DNA from: Octopus vulgaris
Lineage: Eukaryota
DNA: 64,000 nucleotides
NCBI GenBank assembly: GCA_951406725.2
Contig: OX597821.1
Location: 114,452,001-114,516,000, forward strand
Direction of reading: 5' to 3'
In this document: in pieces, positions 52,105 through 64,000 of the stretch
Numbering within the stretch: the first letter of the stretch is position 1
Layout: the number at the start of each line of letters is the position of its first letter
Made by a program: the position numbers and the translations under genes
The notes under the pieces: model-generated
What the model saw: only the letters and a program-made list of their open reading frames with translations
Databases searched by the model: none
What the model was told of the DNA's origin: nothing

Positions 52105-53173
52105 CCCTTTCGTTACTATATTTCTGACCAAAATACACCCCTTGTGTGTTTCAATTAATTTCTAACGTAATCATAAATTTAGTCTGGTTTCATTAAACAA
52201 CTATAACTTTTTTATTTATCAATATATCAACGTGAATTTTGGAAGATAATTTAATGAAATGTTCTCAACCAATTCTATACTATAATTTTTGTCACAAAGT
52301 GACTCTAATTGCAGGTAGATACAGGTAAATTCAACAAAATATAAAATTATTAAAATTTTGTTCAAACATCGCTATAGAAAATGGGTTATTAGCTAAAATT
52401 CAATTGAGTATACAACAAAATTTTACGATAGAATTTGTTATTCTGGGTAACTTTCTGATACCCATAATAATATTTATGGCAAAATAGTCTTAATTTCATT
52501 TAAGGTTATGGGAAACCACTAACTATCGTTTTGTTTACATTTAGCGTAACGGTTCGTTTTCGCCGTAATGAGTTCAAATAGGCTCATTCGAAAAAGTAAA
52601 AAGAGATAGTCTAAGGCTTTATATTCTCCTGGGAAAGTCTGTGGCTTGGTCCAGTTTCTTCAGAAAAATCACCGAAAGAAACAGTTTTTAAATTTTCACT
52701 CCATTCAGGTGCCAATTCATTTTCTTTATCACTGTCGGAGCTCTCAGATTCACTGTTTTCACTTTCGGAAAATGAAACATCAGATTCATTATCAAATACC
52801 ACATGCTTTTTTTTTTCAGTCATAGAGTTAGATTTATGAAGGTCTTCAGTAGAAAATCCTTCGAATTCTGACTCGCTGCTTGATATAATGAAATTCGTAT
52901 CCATTTTTTGTCAGAATTACAAATTTTGAAAACACAATAGGAACAAATTTTTGAAAAAAATCTCCCAAAATTCACGGAATTAAAATTACACTTCGATTTT
53001 TGTACAAAACTGTAGTTGAACTCTTTACGAAGTATAATACGTGTTTTCACGAATGTACTAAAGAGATTTGCTCTGATATTCTCATTTAAATATGAAGAGG
53101 TAAATTCGGGCAGTTTTGGGCGGCTTGGTCACATTAACCAAAATATTTTTCGGGCGGTTTGGTAACGAAAGGG
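52105..53173 (-). mobile_element. Internally deleted piggyBac element
   Basis: TTAA|CCCTTTCGTTAC ... GTAACGAAAGGG|TTAA; ORF 52904-52611 encodes an acidic S/E/D-rich segment ending W....F....GP, like a piggyBac transposase N-terminus. Confidence 0.85.
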
Positions 53174-53477
53174 TTAAGGAAGTTTGACAAAATTAATAGG
53201 ATTTGTTTTATGGAATTCCACTTTACAGCAAGATTTTCTAGGAATGCAATGCTTTCATAACATAGAGGAATGCCTATATTGGGGATCTGCTTAATTCATA
53301 GGTGCTAACTTGTGTTTGTTTAAAATTAATTTATTAATTCATTTAATTTTAATTTACTAAACAAAGCAGGAAGAAACATTTCTAAGAATTATAAGCCTTA
53401 CCATCTGACACCCACATACTTTGAAAATATAATGCTTTATCTTGTTGCAGAGATTATAACATATTTCTTTGAATTAT

Positions 53478-53569
53478 ATGTGTGTATGTTTGTGTATATG
53501 TGCTGTGTGTTTGTGTATATGTGCTGTGTGTTTGTGTATATGTGCTGTGTGTTTGTGTATATGTGCTGT
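53478..53569. repeat. 21-bp minisatellite (TGTGTGTTTGTGTATATGTGC)n
   Basis: About four tandem units. Confidence 0.85.
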
Positions 53570-53666
53570 CAAAAAGTGAGAGGTAGAGGTGTTCATTATA
53601 GAAAATGTGTAGTGGTGCTCTAATGATTTGAAGTGGAACTCTGAAATCTTTGTATAACTGTATGTA

Positions 53667-53810
53667 CAGCGTGGGCCAGAATTCATGACTCGCTTGTTAT
53701 ATTTCTTAATATGCATATTAAGGAATAAAATGATAAATTTAAACAATACAACAACAATAAAATATGCATATTAAGAAATATAGCTGTGTCGTTAATTCTG
53801 GCCCACCCTG
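53667..53810. mobile_element. Palindromic Tc1/mariner MITE
   Basis: TA|CAGCGTGGGCCAGAATT ... AATTCTGGCCCACCCTG|TA. Confidence 0.8.
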
Positions 53811-54449
53811 TATGTAAGTCTACATACGTATGTGTATATTTATATCTAGAAAGTATTTATAGTTTTTAAAAGAATGTTGTAGATAAGTGTTTTGACAGAT
53901 AAGTTTCATGTTCATTGTTTCCATGATCGATAAAGACTGGGCTTTTGTGTGTGTAGTTAGCTTTGTGAAGGCTTGTGGCTTAGTGGTTAGGGTATTTGGC
54001 TTATGATCGTAAGGTCATGAGTTCAATTCCCAGTGATGCATTGCATCCTTGAGCAAGTCACTATATTTTGCATCGCTGCAGCCCACTCAGCTTGCAAAAA
54101 TAAGTAGTACTTGTATTTCAAAAGGGCCAGCCTTGTCACATTCTGTGCCATGCTGAATCTCCTTGAGAACTACATTAAGGGTATGCATGTCTGTGGAGTA
54201 CTCAGCCACTTGAGTGTTAATTTCATTAGCAGGATGTTCCGTTGATTGGATCAACTGGGACACTGTTCATTGTAAGCAAGTGGGTTTGCTTTGCGAGAAA
54301 AGAACACAGAGTTAGGCGTTGGGGGTACCAAACACCCAAGTAGTCCTAAAATATTCTCATTTCAAAAACTGGTTATAATTGGAAACCTTGCTTTGCATGT
54401 GATGACGCCAAATGTATTACATTGCTTTAATTTATAATTCTGCTGTCAG

Positions 54450-54830
54450 ATGAAGATTGGAGTGCGGACGAAGAGACGGAGGTCATCAATCATTCGACTC
54501 TTGCTGAGCTGGTCGACAACATTGAAGAAGACAGCAATGGTAACACAAAGCAGACGGAGGAGAAAGGGCTAGTATCCTTGCTACCAGAACCAAAGAGGCA
54601 CGAAGAAGAAGAGACTGTGTTTCGTAAAGCTGTGACAGTGGAAGAAGAAATCGGTGCCGCTAGAATAGTACCAGAAAATGTTGCTTTGAGTCCAATGGAA
54701 CAAAGTATAGCTGAACTCCCTGTTGAAAGCGAAGGCCTGTCGAGCCTCACACCATCTTCTATCACCAACTCTGATGATACCCTTGATCAACTTCAAGACA
54801 TTTTTACCACAAGCACTTTTGTCAATTCAG
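54450..54830 (+). CDS. BSDC1: BSDC1 exon 7 (acidic, low complexity)
   Basis: GTCAG| ... CAG|GTATAT; 381 nt, phase 1-1, open frame DEDWSADEETEV...FVNS. Confidence 0.85.
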
Positions 54831-57724
54831 GTATATTCTTATCATCTCCCTGCTGCATGTGAAAACAACCCCCGTCTTTTGTCTTTGGAAGAAGGTTACA
54901 TCGATCTGTAGCTCCTTATTTGATTTCATGCATTGTGTTTGGTTTTATGTCTATTTTCCCCTCCTTGTATGGGTTAGACTAATTGTTTAATAATTACTCC
55001 TACCTTTATGTCATGCAAGATAATCATTATCTCCTCTTCAGCTAGAAGCCTGTTCCTGCCCTTTCTTTCATCTAGTAATGCTCTGGCATCTGTTAACCCT
55101 TCTCTTTACCTTCACTCCAGCCATGCCTACCCACCCTTGTAATGCCGAGTAGCCATATATTGTTTTAGCCTCTCAACACTTGGCATATAACCAATGCTCC
55201 CTCTCTCAAATACTTCCCACCCACCCACCTACTTAGCTGAGGGGACTTTCTCTTTTTTTGGTACTTTTCTCATCTTGCACATTACTTGGCAACCTCAATG
55301 GGAGAAGGCACATGGCTTAGAGGTCAGAGTATTTGGTTCCTGATTGGAAGGTCATGAGTTCAATTCCCGGCGATGTTGTGTCATTGAACAAGACTTCTTA
55401 TTTCATGTTGCTCCAATGTGAAATATGGCAAAAATGAGTTGTATCTGTAATTTCAAAGGGGCCAGCCTTGTCAGGCTATATCTCCCTGAATTAAGGGTAC
55501 GTGTGTCTGTGGAGTGCTCAGCCACTTGTATGTTAATGTCATGAGCAGGCTATTCCATTGATTGGATTAACTGGGACCCCCACCGTAACAGTTGGAGTAC
55601 CGGTTATTTGAATAGAGAATAGTTTATGCAAATATGATATAAAAGAATGCATATACTTGTGTGTGTGTGTGTGTCACAAATGCCAACTCTTTCATACTTT
55701 CTCTCATGGCACAATAACATAACTTACACTATCTTTCTCTCACCCCATCCAACAAGAGTTGCTTTTAAATTTCTCTTATCTCTATAACCCTGTCTCTCTT
55801 GTGCTTGCTTTTATTTTCCTTTAGTCAAACAATCATTAAACTAATCTTTCTCTTCCTATCTCCTTATTGATGTTGCTTTCTCTTTTTTCCTTTTGCAGTT
55901 TCTCTCTCTCTTGCTTGCTCTCTCTATTTTCCAATATGTAACTTACTGTCTCTTGGCTCTCTCATCCATGACTTTCCTACATTTGGTTTGGTAAATACTA
56001 AATTTGAGCCATGGGTAAAATTAAATTTGCCTCTCAACCATACAGTTTCAGGGTTTGGATCCAGTGTGTGGCATTTTTTTTTATATCGTCTCGCACCCAT
56101 CAATACCTTCCTCTTATCTCCTTCGGTCATATAAGACACTTCTAGAAGGAAGCTTTTTCTTTTTATTTTGTTCTTTTCTGTCTTGCAAGTTACATGGCAA
56201 CATCACTACTGCTGGTGACATGAGGAAGGCAAAAGGCAGCCTCTAAATTCTGTGAAGTGGTTGGTGTTAGGAAGGGCATCCAGCTGTAGAAACCATGCTG
56301 AAACAGACATTAGAGCCTCACACAGCCCTGCAACTCACCAGCTCCTTGTCAAACTGTCCTACCCATGCTAGCATAGAACGTGGACATAAATTCTTGATGA
56401 TGGTTTACTATACCTATTTCTTTACTACCCGCAAGGGGCTAAACACAGAGAGGTCAAACAAGGACAGACAAACGGATTAAGTCGATTATATCGACCCCAG
56501 TGCGTAACTGGTACTTAATTTATCGACCCCGAAAGGATGAAAGGCAAAGTCAACCTCGGCAGTTGACTTTGCCTTTCATCCTTTCATGATGGTTTACTAT
56601 AGCCTCAGGCCAACTAAAGCCTTGTGAGTTACTTTGACCAGCAGAAACCAAAAGAAACCTGTTGTCTCTGTCTGGACATCGATCAGTGTAAATTATCATC
56701 AGTCATTGATACGAGTGTCCCATATTTTCAGTTTCAGGTGAAAACTTGGAACTTTCTTCATTTAGCTTCCGTTGTCCATGCTGGCATGGGTTGGTTGGTT
56801 TGACTGGGGTTGGTAAGCTGGAAGGCTGCACCAGACTCCAGTCTGATTTGGCAGGGTTTTCTATAGCTGGATGCCCTTCCTAACGCCAATCACTTCAAGG
56901 GTGTGATGGATCTTCTCAAGCACAACATACTCTTTACTCTTTTACTTGTTTCAGTCATTTGACTGCGGCCATGCTGGAGCACCGCCTTCAGTCGAGCAAC
57001 TCGACCCTGGGACTTATTCTTTTTGTAAGCCCAGTACTTATGCTATCGGCCTCTTTTTGCCAAACCGCTAAATGCCAATAAAATTAAAAAGTATCATTGA
57101 TAAAGAATTTATTGATTTAGTAATAATTATTTTGCTCTTTCTTGTGTCACTACTTCTTTCTAATAAGGTGTGAAGCTTGCTGGTTATGGTACTTGACTCC
57201 TGATCATAAGATTGTGAGTTCAGTTCCCAATGACAGCTTGTGTCCTTGAGCAAGACACTTAATTTCACATTGCTCCAGTCCACTCTGCTGGTAAAAATGA
57301 GTTGCACCTTTATTTCAAAGGACCAGCCCTGTCACATTCAGTGTAACACTGAATCTCCCTGAGAACTACATCAAGGGTACACATGTCCATGGAGTGCTCA
57401 GCCACTTGCATGTATATTTCACAAGCAGATTGTATCAACAGGAATGCTTGTCGTCATCACCAACTGAGAGCCAGATTTTCTAATAAGAAATAAGGAAATT
57501 TAATGAAATTGATAAAGAACAATAAAAATTTAGTCATATTATATTGATGTAGTTGGAATATTGATTTCTTGAGCCACTGCATAAAACCCCCTAGGGGGTC
57601 AGTATTGACTACTTTGCCAAACCCTGGTTTAAATTCTAAATCTTTGTTGTATTTTTTTTTTCTTCTTAGTTTTCTCAGATCAATAAAGTTTTTACTCAAA
57701 ACTAAATTGTGTTTTTCCCTGTAG

Positions 57725-58099
57725 ATTCTTCGATTAACGACACATTAGTAGTGATGAAACCATTGACAGAAATTCCCGAATCCAACCTGCTTCCTCCGCT
57801 CGAGGGAACCAATAACAATTCTAATCAGTCCGATAACGATGACCATATCAACCAAACTGAAATGAGCAGTAAAGAAAGTGAAAACGTCACACTCGACCCA
57901 CACCCCATTAACAACAAGAGCTTACCTGTGAATGCCAACACGAACTGTGAATGGAAGAGTTTATCTGAGAGTCCTGTTTCTTCATTCACCGACTCTTTTA
58001 ACAAGTCTAAAGAGTTAAAAACAACTTGTAAAGGAGACATGATAGTTGTCGGTTCTCTGGCTGGCTCGCCCAGTTCCGATGCAAGTGATATAATAAAAG
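57725..58099 (+). CDS. BSDC1: BSDC1 exon 8 (Ser/Asn-rich)
   Basis: CCTGTAG| ... AAG|GTAATT; 375 nt, phase 1-1, open frame. Confidence 0.85.
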
Positions 58100-60030
58100 G
58101 TAATTCTTAAATGTCTGTTTTAATTCATCATTGTTGTAATTATCGTTAGATGTGGCTAAGTGGTAAGAAGCTTGTTTCCCAACCGCATAGTTCTGGGTTC
58201 AGACCCACTGCATGACACCTTGAGCAAGTGTCTTCTACTCTAGCCTCAGGCTGACCAATGTCTTGTGAGTGGATTTGGTAGACAAAAACTATATCTGTGT
58301 CTATCTTTGTGTTTGTCTCCCATTACCACCTGACGACCAGTGTTTGTGTGTTTATGTCTCTTTAACTTAGCGTTTCAGCAAAAGAGACTGATAGAATAAG
58401 TATCAGTCTTAAAAAAAAAAATATCCAAGTACTGAGGCAGACAAAAGATCCATTTTAACAAAGAGATAGGATAGTTGAGAGGGTGGTGGTTTGATGTGAG
58501 ATGTTGAGAGGAACATTCACAATTAGAGACCCATAAAAAGTACCTAATCCACCCTGCTGGGTGGTTGGTGTTAGGAAGAGCATCCAACTGTAGAAAGGAT
58601 ACCAAAGCAGACAGTGGAGTCTGGTGCAGCTCTCTGGCTTTGCAGCTCCTGTCAAACCATCCAACCAATGCCAAGATGGAAAACGGACATTAATTGAGGA
58701 TAATGATGATACATTCATAAATTCTGTTAACGTACCACATCATTATTTGCAGACCTTACTTTAAAAACTGGATATATGCATTGGCATGACACTTGAGTAA
58801 TCAAGGAAATTCAGCATCTTGAATATATCTGGTTTTGACTGGAAGACTTAAGATTCGCCTCCTGTCTGTATGGCATATGTGTTAGTTTGACTGAAAAATA
58901 TTTCACGTGTGTGAAGCCAGCAGCTTGTAGATTGTGTTTTGATGGTTATCATGAAATTGACCAAATATGCTTTTATACCGGTTTTGAAAGTAAGCGCCTC
59001 ATTTCACAGTTATTTTTCCATACTAGCATAGATTGAATGGGTTTTGCTGTCCTTCGTCCTTTGCTATTGCAAACGGCCAACATTGTGAAGCCTGCCATGT
59101 TTTATACTGTTGATAAGAAATCACAATAAAATATCCGTTGATGAAGCAAATTTATGATTTGGTCTTGATTTCAAATTGAAATAAAAACTTTACATTAATA
59201 TTGCAGCTACAGATGAGGCATGGGTGTTTGGTTAAGAAGCTTGTTTCCCAATTCTGTGGTCATGGATCCTGTCCCACTGTGTGGCACCTTAGTCAAGTCT
59301 CAGTCTCTCTAGGCTTTTGTAGACAGAAACTGGAAGAAGCTTGTTGTATGTATGTGTAATCATGTAATGGTTGTTTACAACCAAACCATCACCATTATAC
59401 AAGCAATTGTTTCGAGTCATCCATGGAAAGTATGTCTGACGAAGGGGAAATATTACCTTTGCTCGGAAACAGATGAGTGTTGGCAACAGGAAGGGCATCC
59501 AACCATAGAAAAATCTGCCTCAGCAAATTCCATTTGACTATGCAAGCATGGAAAGGTGGACACTAAAACAGATAAATTTCTTATGACTTGGACACAAGTT
59601 CAAATTTAGTATGAAGTATTGTTAATAAAATTGATCTTGTTATGGTTGATCAACTCGATCTAGGTGTATTACTGGTATTTTAGGATCCCTGAAGAGATGA
59701 AAGGTGAAGTTGGCCCTGGGAGAATTTTTAATCAGGAAAAAAAATAACTATTTTGAATTTAGGATGGTTCTCTGTTCTTTTCATCCTATTGCGTTTAAAC
59801 CAGCCATTTCTGGCCCAAATATTCTGTTTTACATTCAAACTAGCCAGATCTAGCCTTGTACTCTACAATGTCATTCTCTAGATAATCATATTATTGAATT
59901 GCAAAGCTATGATATAATGCATTATTAAAATTCAAAACAACAGGAATGGATAAGCAATACATTTGGCAGAGTAATCTAAACCCTAGAGGGTTAAATAATT
60001 GTTTGTAACATGTATGTCTTCTATATTCAG

Positions 60031-60179
60031 ATACTGCTAGTAGCTGTCCTGATGATGAATGGGAACAAGACTTTGCTGTGGATATCACGGAAGAAGATCT
60101 AAGAAAAGCTCAAGAAGCACTCAAAAATCTCTCCACAACTCCACTAAAAGACGTTTACAGAACATCTGGAGATATTGAG
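60031..60179 (+). CDS. BSDC1: BSDC1 exon 9 (DTASSCPDDEWEQDFAVDITEEDLRKAQEAL...)
   Basis: TTCAG| ... GAG|GTATTC; WE.DF..D.TEE motif conserved in BSDC1. Confidence 0.92.
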
Positions 60180-62843
60180 GTATTCTGTTCAATATATTTT
60201 ACCGACACACATTATTGTCAAACCCTGATTAATCTTTCATTTTTTTTTTTTTTAAACATTTCCTTTCTTATCAATTATTAGGTTAATTAATCTAAAGAAA
60301 TTGTGCTATGAATTCTGAGATAACCATAAATGACAGATGGAATATTGTAACTAAAAATTATTTGGAGGAAGATTGCGCAACCCTTTTCTTACCATATTTC
60401 CATTAAAATACTCATCATCATCATCGTTTAACGTCTGCTTTCCATGATAGCATGGGTTGGACGATTTTAACTGAGGGCTGGCAAACCAGACAGCCACACC
60501 AGGCTCCAGTCTTGATCTGGCAGACTTTCTACAGCTGGATGCCCTTCCTAACGCCAACCACTCCAAGAGTGTAGTGGGTGCTTTCTACATGCCACCAGCA
60601 CGGGGCCAGTCAGGCGATACTGGCAATGGCCTTGCTCGAATCTTTTTACACATGGCACAGGTGCCAGTAAGGCGATGTTGGTAACGATCATGCTCAAATG
60701 GTGCCCTTTTTACGTGCCACCGACACGGAGCCAGTTGACTGCTCTGGCAATGATCACGCTCGGATGGTGTTCTTGGCACCCTACCAGCACGGTCACAAGT
60801 GCCAGTAAGGCGACGCTGGTAATGATCACACTCAAATGGTGCCCTTTTATGTGCCACTGGCATGGAAGCCGGTTGGTGTGAGTTTAATTATCTCTTTTTG
60901 ATTATAAAGAATTTAGCTGGTATTTGGAATACAATTTGACGTGAAATTTTGATAGGTTTCAATTTAAATCATTTTAATACTTGTATTTTGTAATAGCTCT
61001 CCATGTATCATACTAAATGTATATACAGCATGGATAGGCCAGTTATTGCAGCATTTGTCTTAATATAACATCTTTTATGGATGTGCTGTGTTAAAAATTC
61101 AAATACCAGGAGATTTGTCCCAGCAAGAATGCAAGATGTATTTCAGCCATTCTCAGTCATTTACAATGGTACTTAATTGCAACCAGCCACATGCTCAGGC
61201 AAGAATTTAGCATCTCTGATATATGAAAAAGTGAATGCTGCCAAGTAGCCATCCGGTTAAGATTAGGGACAGTGTCAGACAGTTTGGCATCAAAATGGTT
61301 AATACACTTTTCTGGCATTATAAAACATTAAATTATCTATTGTAATAGAGTGTGATGTCTTTAAGCGCCTAAAGACAAAATATTATGTAAGATCTAAAGA
61401 TCGGATGTCATTATCATCTTTTAATGTCTGTTTTTTCATTGAGGTATGGTTTGGACAGTTGGCAGAATCTGATGAGCTGGACCACTGCATCAAACTCCAT
61501 TTTTGAAGCTGTTTTGGCATGGTTTCTACAATTAGAAGACATTCCTAATGTCAACCGCTTTACACTGTAAACTGGGTACATTTCACATGGGGCTGGCTCT
61601 AGTGAAGGTCACCAAATAACTCACAAGATATGTTTAAACTTTATGAAAATAATTATTTTAAAATTATACCTCCTGTTCAAATTGGTTTCTCGTATTCATC
61701 ACAGTTCAGAAAAACCACCTCAACATGGAACATGGCCATTAAATGATGATGATACTTGAATCTTTGTCTTCAATTCACTTTTCCATTGCATTCAAATACA
61801 ATAAAAATTGATTTTCTTTGATTCATTGGCAGCAACTCTATATTCTTCTTCCTGAGTGTGTCACCAAACTCTTTCACAATGGCAAACATCCAAATATTTT
61901 TATTGCATCCTCCAAAACTTTTGTGCTTCCCGAAATTCGTCAACAGTACACCTGATGCTCTCCACATTTTTTTTAATGTCTCCTTGTTTGCTTCCTACGT
62001 AAATGTAACTAAAAGTCCCTGCGCTTTTAGTTACATTTCCTGAGGAGTTGTATGCACCTGAGCACTATCCAATTTCATTATTATCATTAAGGCGGTACAT
62101 CATCGTCGTTTAACATCCACTTTCCATGCTGGCAATGGGTTGGACGATTTGTCTTAGGACTGGCAAACCAGAAGTTTGCACCAGGCTCCAATGCTTAGTG
62201 GCATTCTCTCTTCGCATTCTGAGTTCAGCTTTGCTTCTCATCCTTTCGGAGTCAATGTAATCAACTAGTCTCTTCCTCCCCAAATTCCAGGCTTTGTACC
62301 TTTAATATAAAGGATTATTGAGTTGTGTTATTGCTTTTTAAGATTCCATTATTTCGAGACCTATTGAGTCAAGTACATCAAAATCAAATGGAAATTGTAG
62401 TTGTGATCCCTGTGCCAGTGGCACGTAAAAAGTAGCATCCGAATGTGACCGATGCTAGCATCACCTTAACTGGCTTCCGTGCCAGTGGCATGTAGAAAGC
62501 ACCAACCGATTGTGGCCCTTGTGCTGCTGGCACGTAAAAAGCACCCACTACACTCTCAGATTGGTTGGTGTTAGGAAGGGCATCCAGCTGTAGAAACACT
62601 GCCAGATCAGACTGGAGCCTGGTGCAGCCTTCTGGCTTCCCAGACCCCAGTCAAACCCATGCCAGCATGGAAAACGGACGCTAAATGATGATGATGGGTT
62701 GACAGAGCTGATTTTTCCATGTTGATCTGTCCACTTTTTCATTGAAGTTTTTCTTTATTAATTATTTCACATAAAATATCCTATTTACCACCTAATCTTC
62801 ACTAAACAGTTAATTAATACTGCTTCTTTCTTTAATTTTTCAG

Positions 62844-62870
62844 GAAGAAGAATGGGAGAGCTGGGAGTAA
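62844..62870 (+). CDS. BSDC1: BSDC1 last coding exon (EEEWESWE*)
   Basis: TTTTTCAG|GAAGAAGAATGGGAGAGCTGGGAGTAA; WE.WE* C-terminus as in BSDC1. AATAAA follows at 62898 and near 63064. Confidence 0.9.
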   Translation, partial: EEEWESWE

Positions 62871-64000
62871 AACTATCATTTTATGTATGTATATAACAAT
62901 AAATACACCACTATAACAACTGTGACTGCTTTCGTTGTTTGGAACACTGAGAAACACCTGGCTAATGTATATATTATTTTTACCAGATGATAAACAACTG
63001 ATCCTTCAATCTGTTTAATTTCTTATTTCTTTACTCCTGAATTCACAAATATTCGTTTTCCATAATAAACTTAAAATGTCATGGCTTTTGGAGATTTCAT
63101 GAATACTTCACATTTATCGTGTTCCATATTTTTCAGATTTGCATTTCTTTGGATTGAACCCAAACACCCATGATTCACAATGATCAATATAGATATGAAA
63201 GTAAACAGTTTGATCAGTCTTTAGTACTTATTTCAAGCAGAGATACATAGACATTAGCATAAATCAAAGATAGGAAAATTAATTTCGCTGTTTTTCTTGG
63301 TTGTTTAATTTGTATAATGCAGAATAGCCATATATTTTCTTTAGCAAACCCCCTGTGTTTTTCCTTTTATCATATTTTTTGCCCAGTTATATGCAAATTG
63401 CAGCCCTCAGGACTTTCTGAAGAGCATACATCATCTTAGTCTGTTTCCATGCTGGTATGGATTAGCTGGGTTTGACTGGAACTGGTAAGCCAAAGAGCTG
63501 CACCAGGTTTCAGGCTGATTTGGCATGGTTTCTGCATCTGGATGTCCTTCCTAACACCAACTACTCCAGGAGTGTAATGGGTGCTTTTTACATGCCACCA
63601 GCACACCTAACAAAAAAATTAGCTTGAATTTATTTTTTAGTAGCATGGCCCACTGGATTATGAGTCACCTCTCAAGCAACCTGCTTCTTGGAAGAAGTTG
63701 CCCTTGCCTGCTTTAGCTTCTCAATACTTGGAATAAAGCCTCTTCCTCACCTTACACTTTGTGAACGGCAGAGTGAGGTCTTTTCTTGCGTTGCAAGTTA
63801 CTTAGCAACATTGCCAGTGTCAAAAGAAATAGCATTTAGTCCTTACTGGAAGGTGGTTGGAGTTAGGAAGGCCTCCAGCTATACGTGTGTGCATTTACAC
63901 AGGTGCATGAGTGGCAGGTAGATAAATCTGCTGTAAAATCAGATTATTCTGAGTTCAATCGCACTCTGTTACACTCTTACTTGCTTAAAGCTTTGTGAAA

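Noticed and set aside
61770-61967. Possible coding fragment on the minus strand
   Set aside because: No recognisable family and no exon boundaries; cannot be supported.

Overview
AT-rich, repeat-dense animal genomic DNA; the SINE repertoire and microsatellite load point to an octopus genome (inference). (1) A complete 10-exon BSD domain-containing protein 1 (BSDC1) orthologue lies on the + strand (CDS 35873-62870, 525 aa after splicing, all GT-AG junctions in phase). (2) The 5' end of a second, divergent gene lies on the - strand (first exon near 11343-11450, second exon from 7894). Its leader carries two overlapping uORFs; one is a spliced 53-aa Cys-containing peptide that resembles, from memory, the conserved uORF of PRL/PTP4A phosphatases. 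No matching main CDS was found, so it presumably lies left of the window. (3) Between the genes is a nested transposon stack: Helitron remnants, then a young full-length Ty3/Gypsy (CsRn1-like) LTR retrotransposon (26689-32933, intact pol, -1 frameshift signal), then a 968-bp long-TIR DNA element with an 8-bp TSD inside gag. (4) A tRNA-headed repeat carries a minimal hammerhead-ribozyme core and occurs as an inverted dimer in BSDC1 intron 5 plus a partial copy near 17 kb. (5) The rest is SINEs of at least four families, LINE (RTE, CR1-like) fragments, piggyBac/hAT/Tc1 derivatives and microsatellites. Most ORFs in the supplied track are repeat artefacts.
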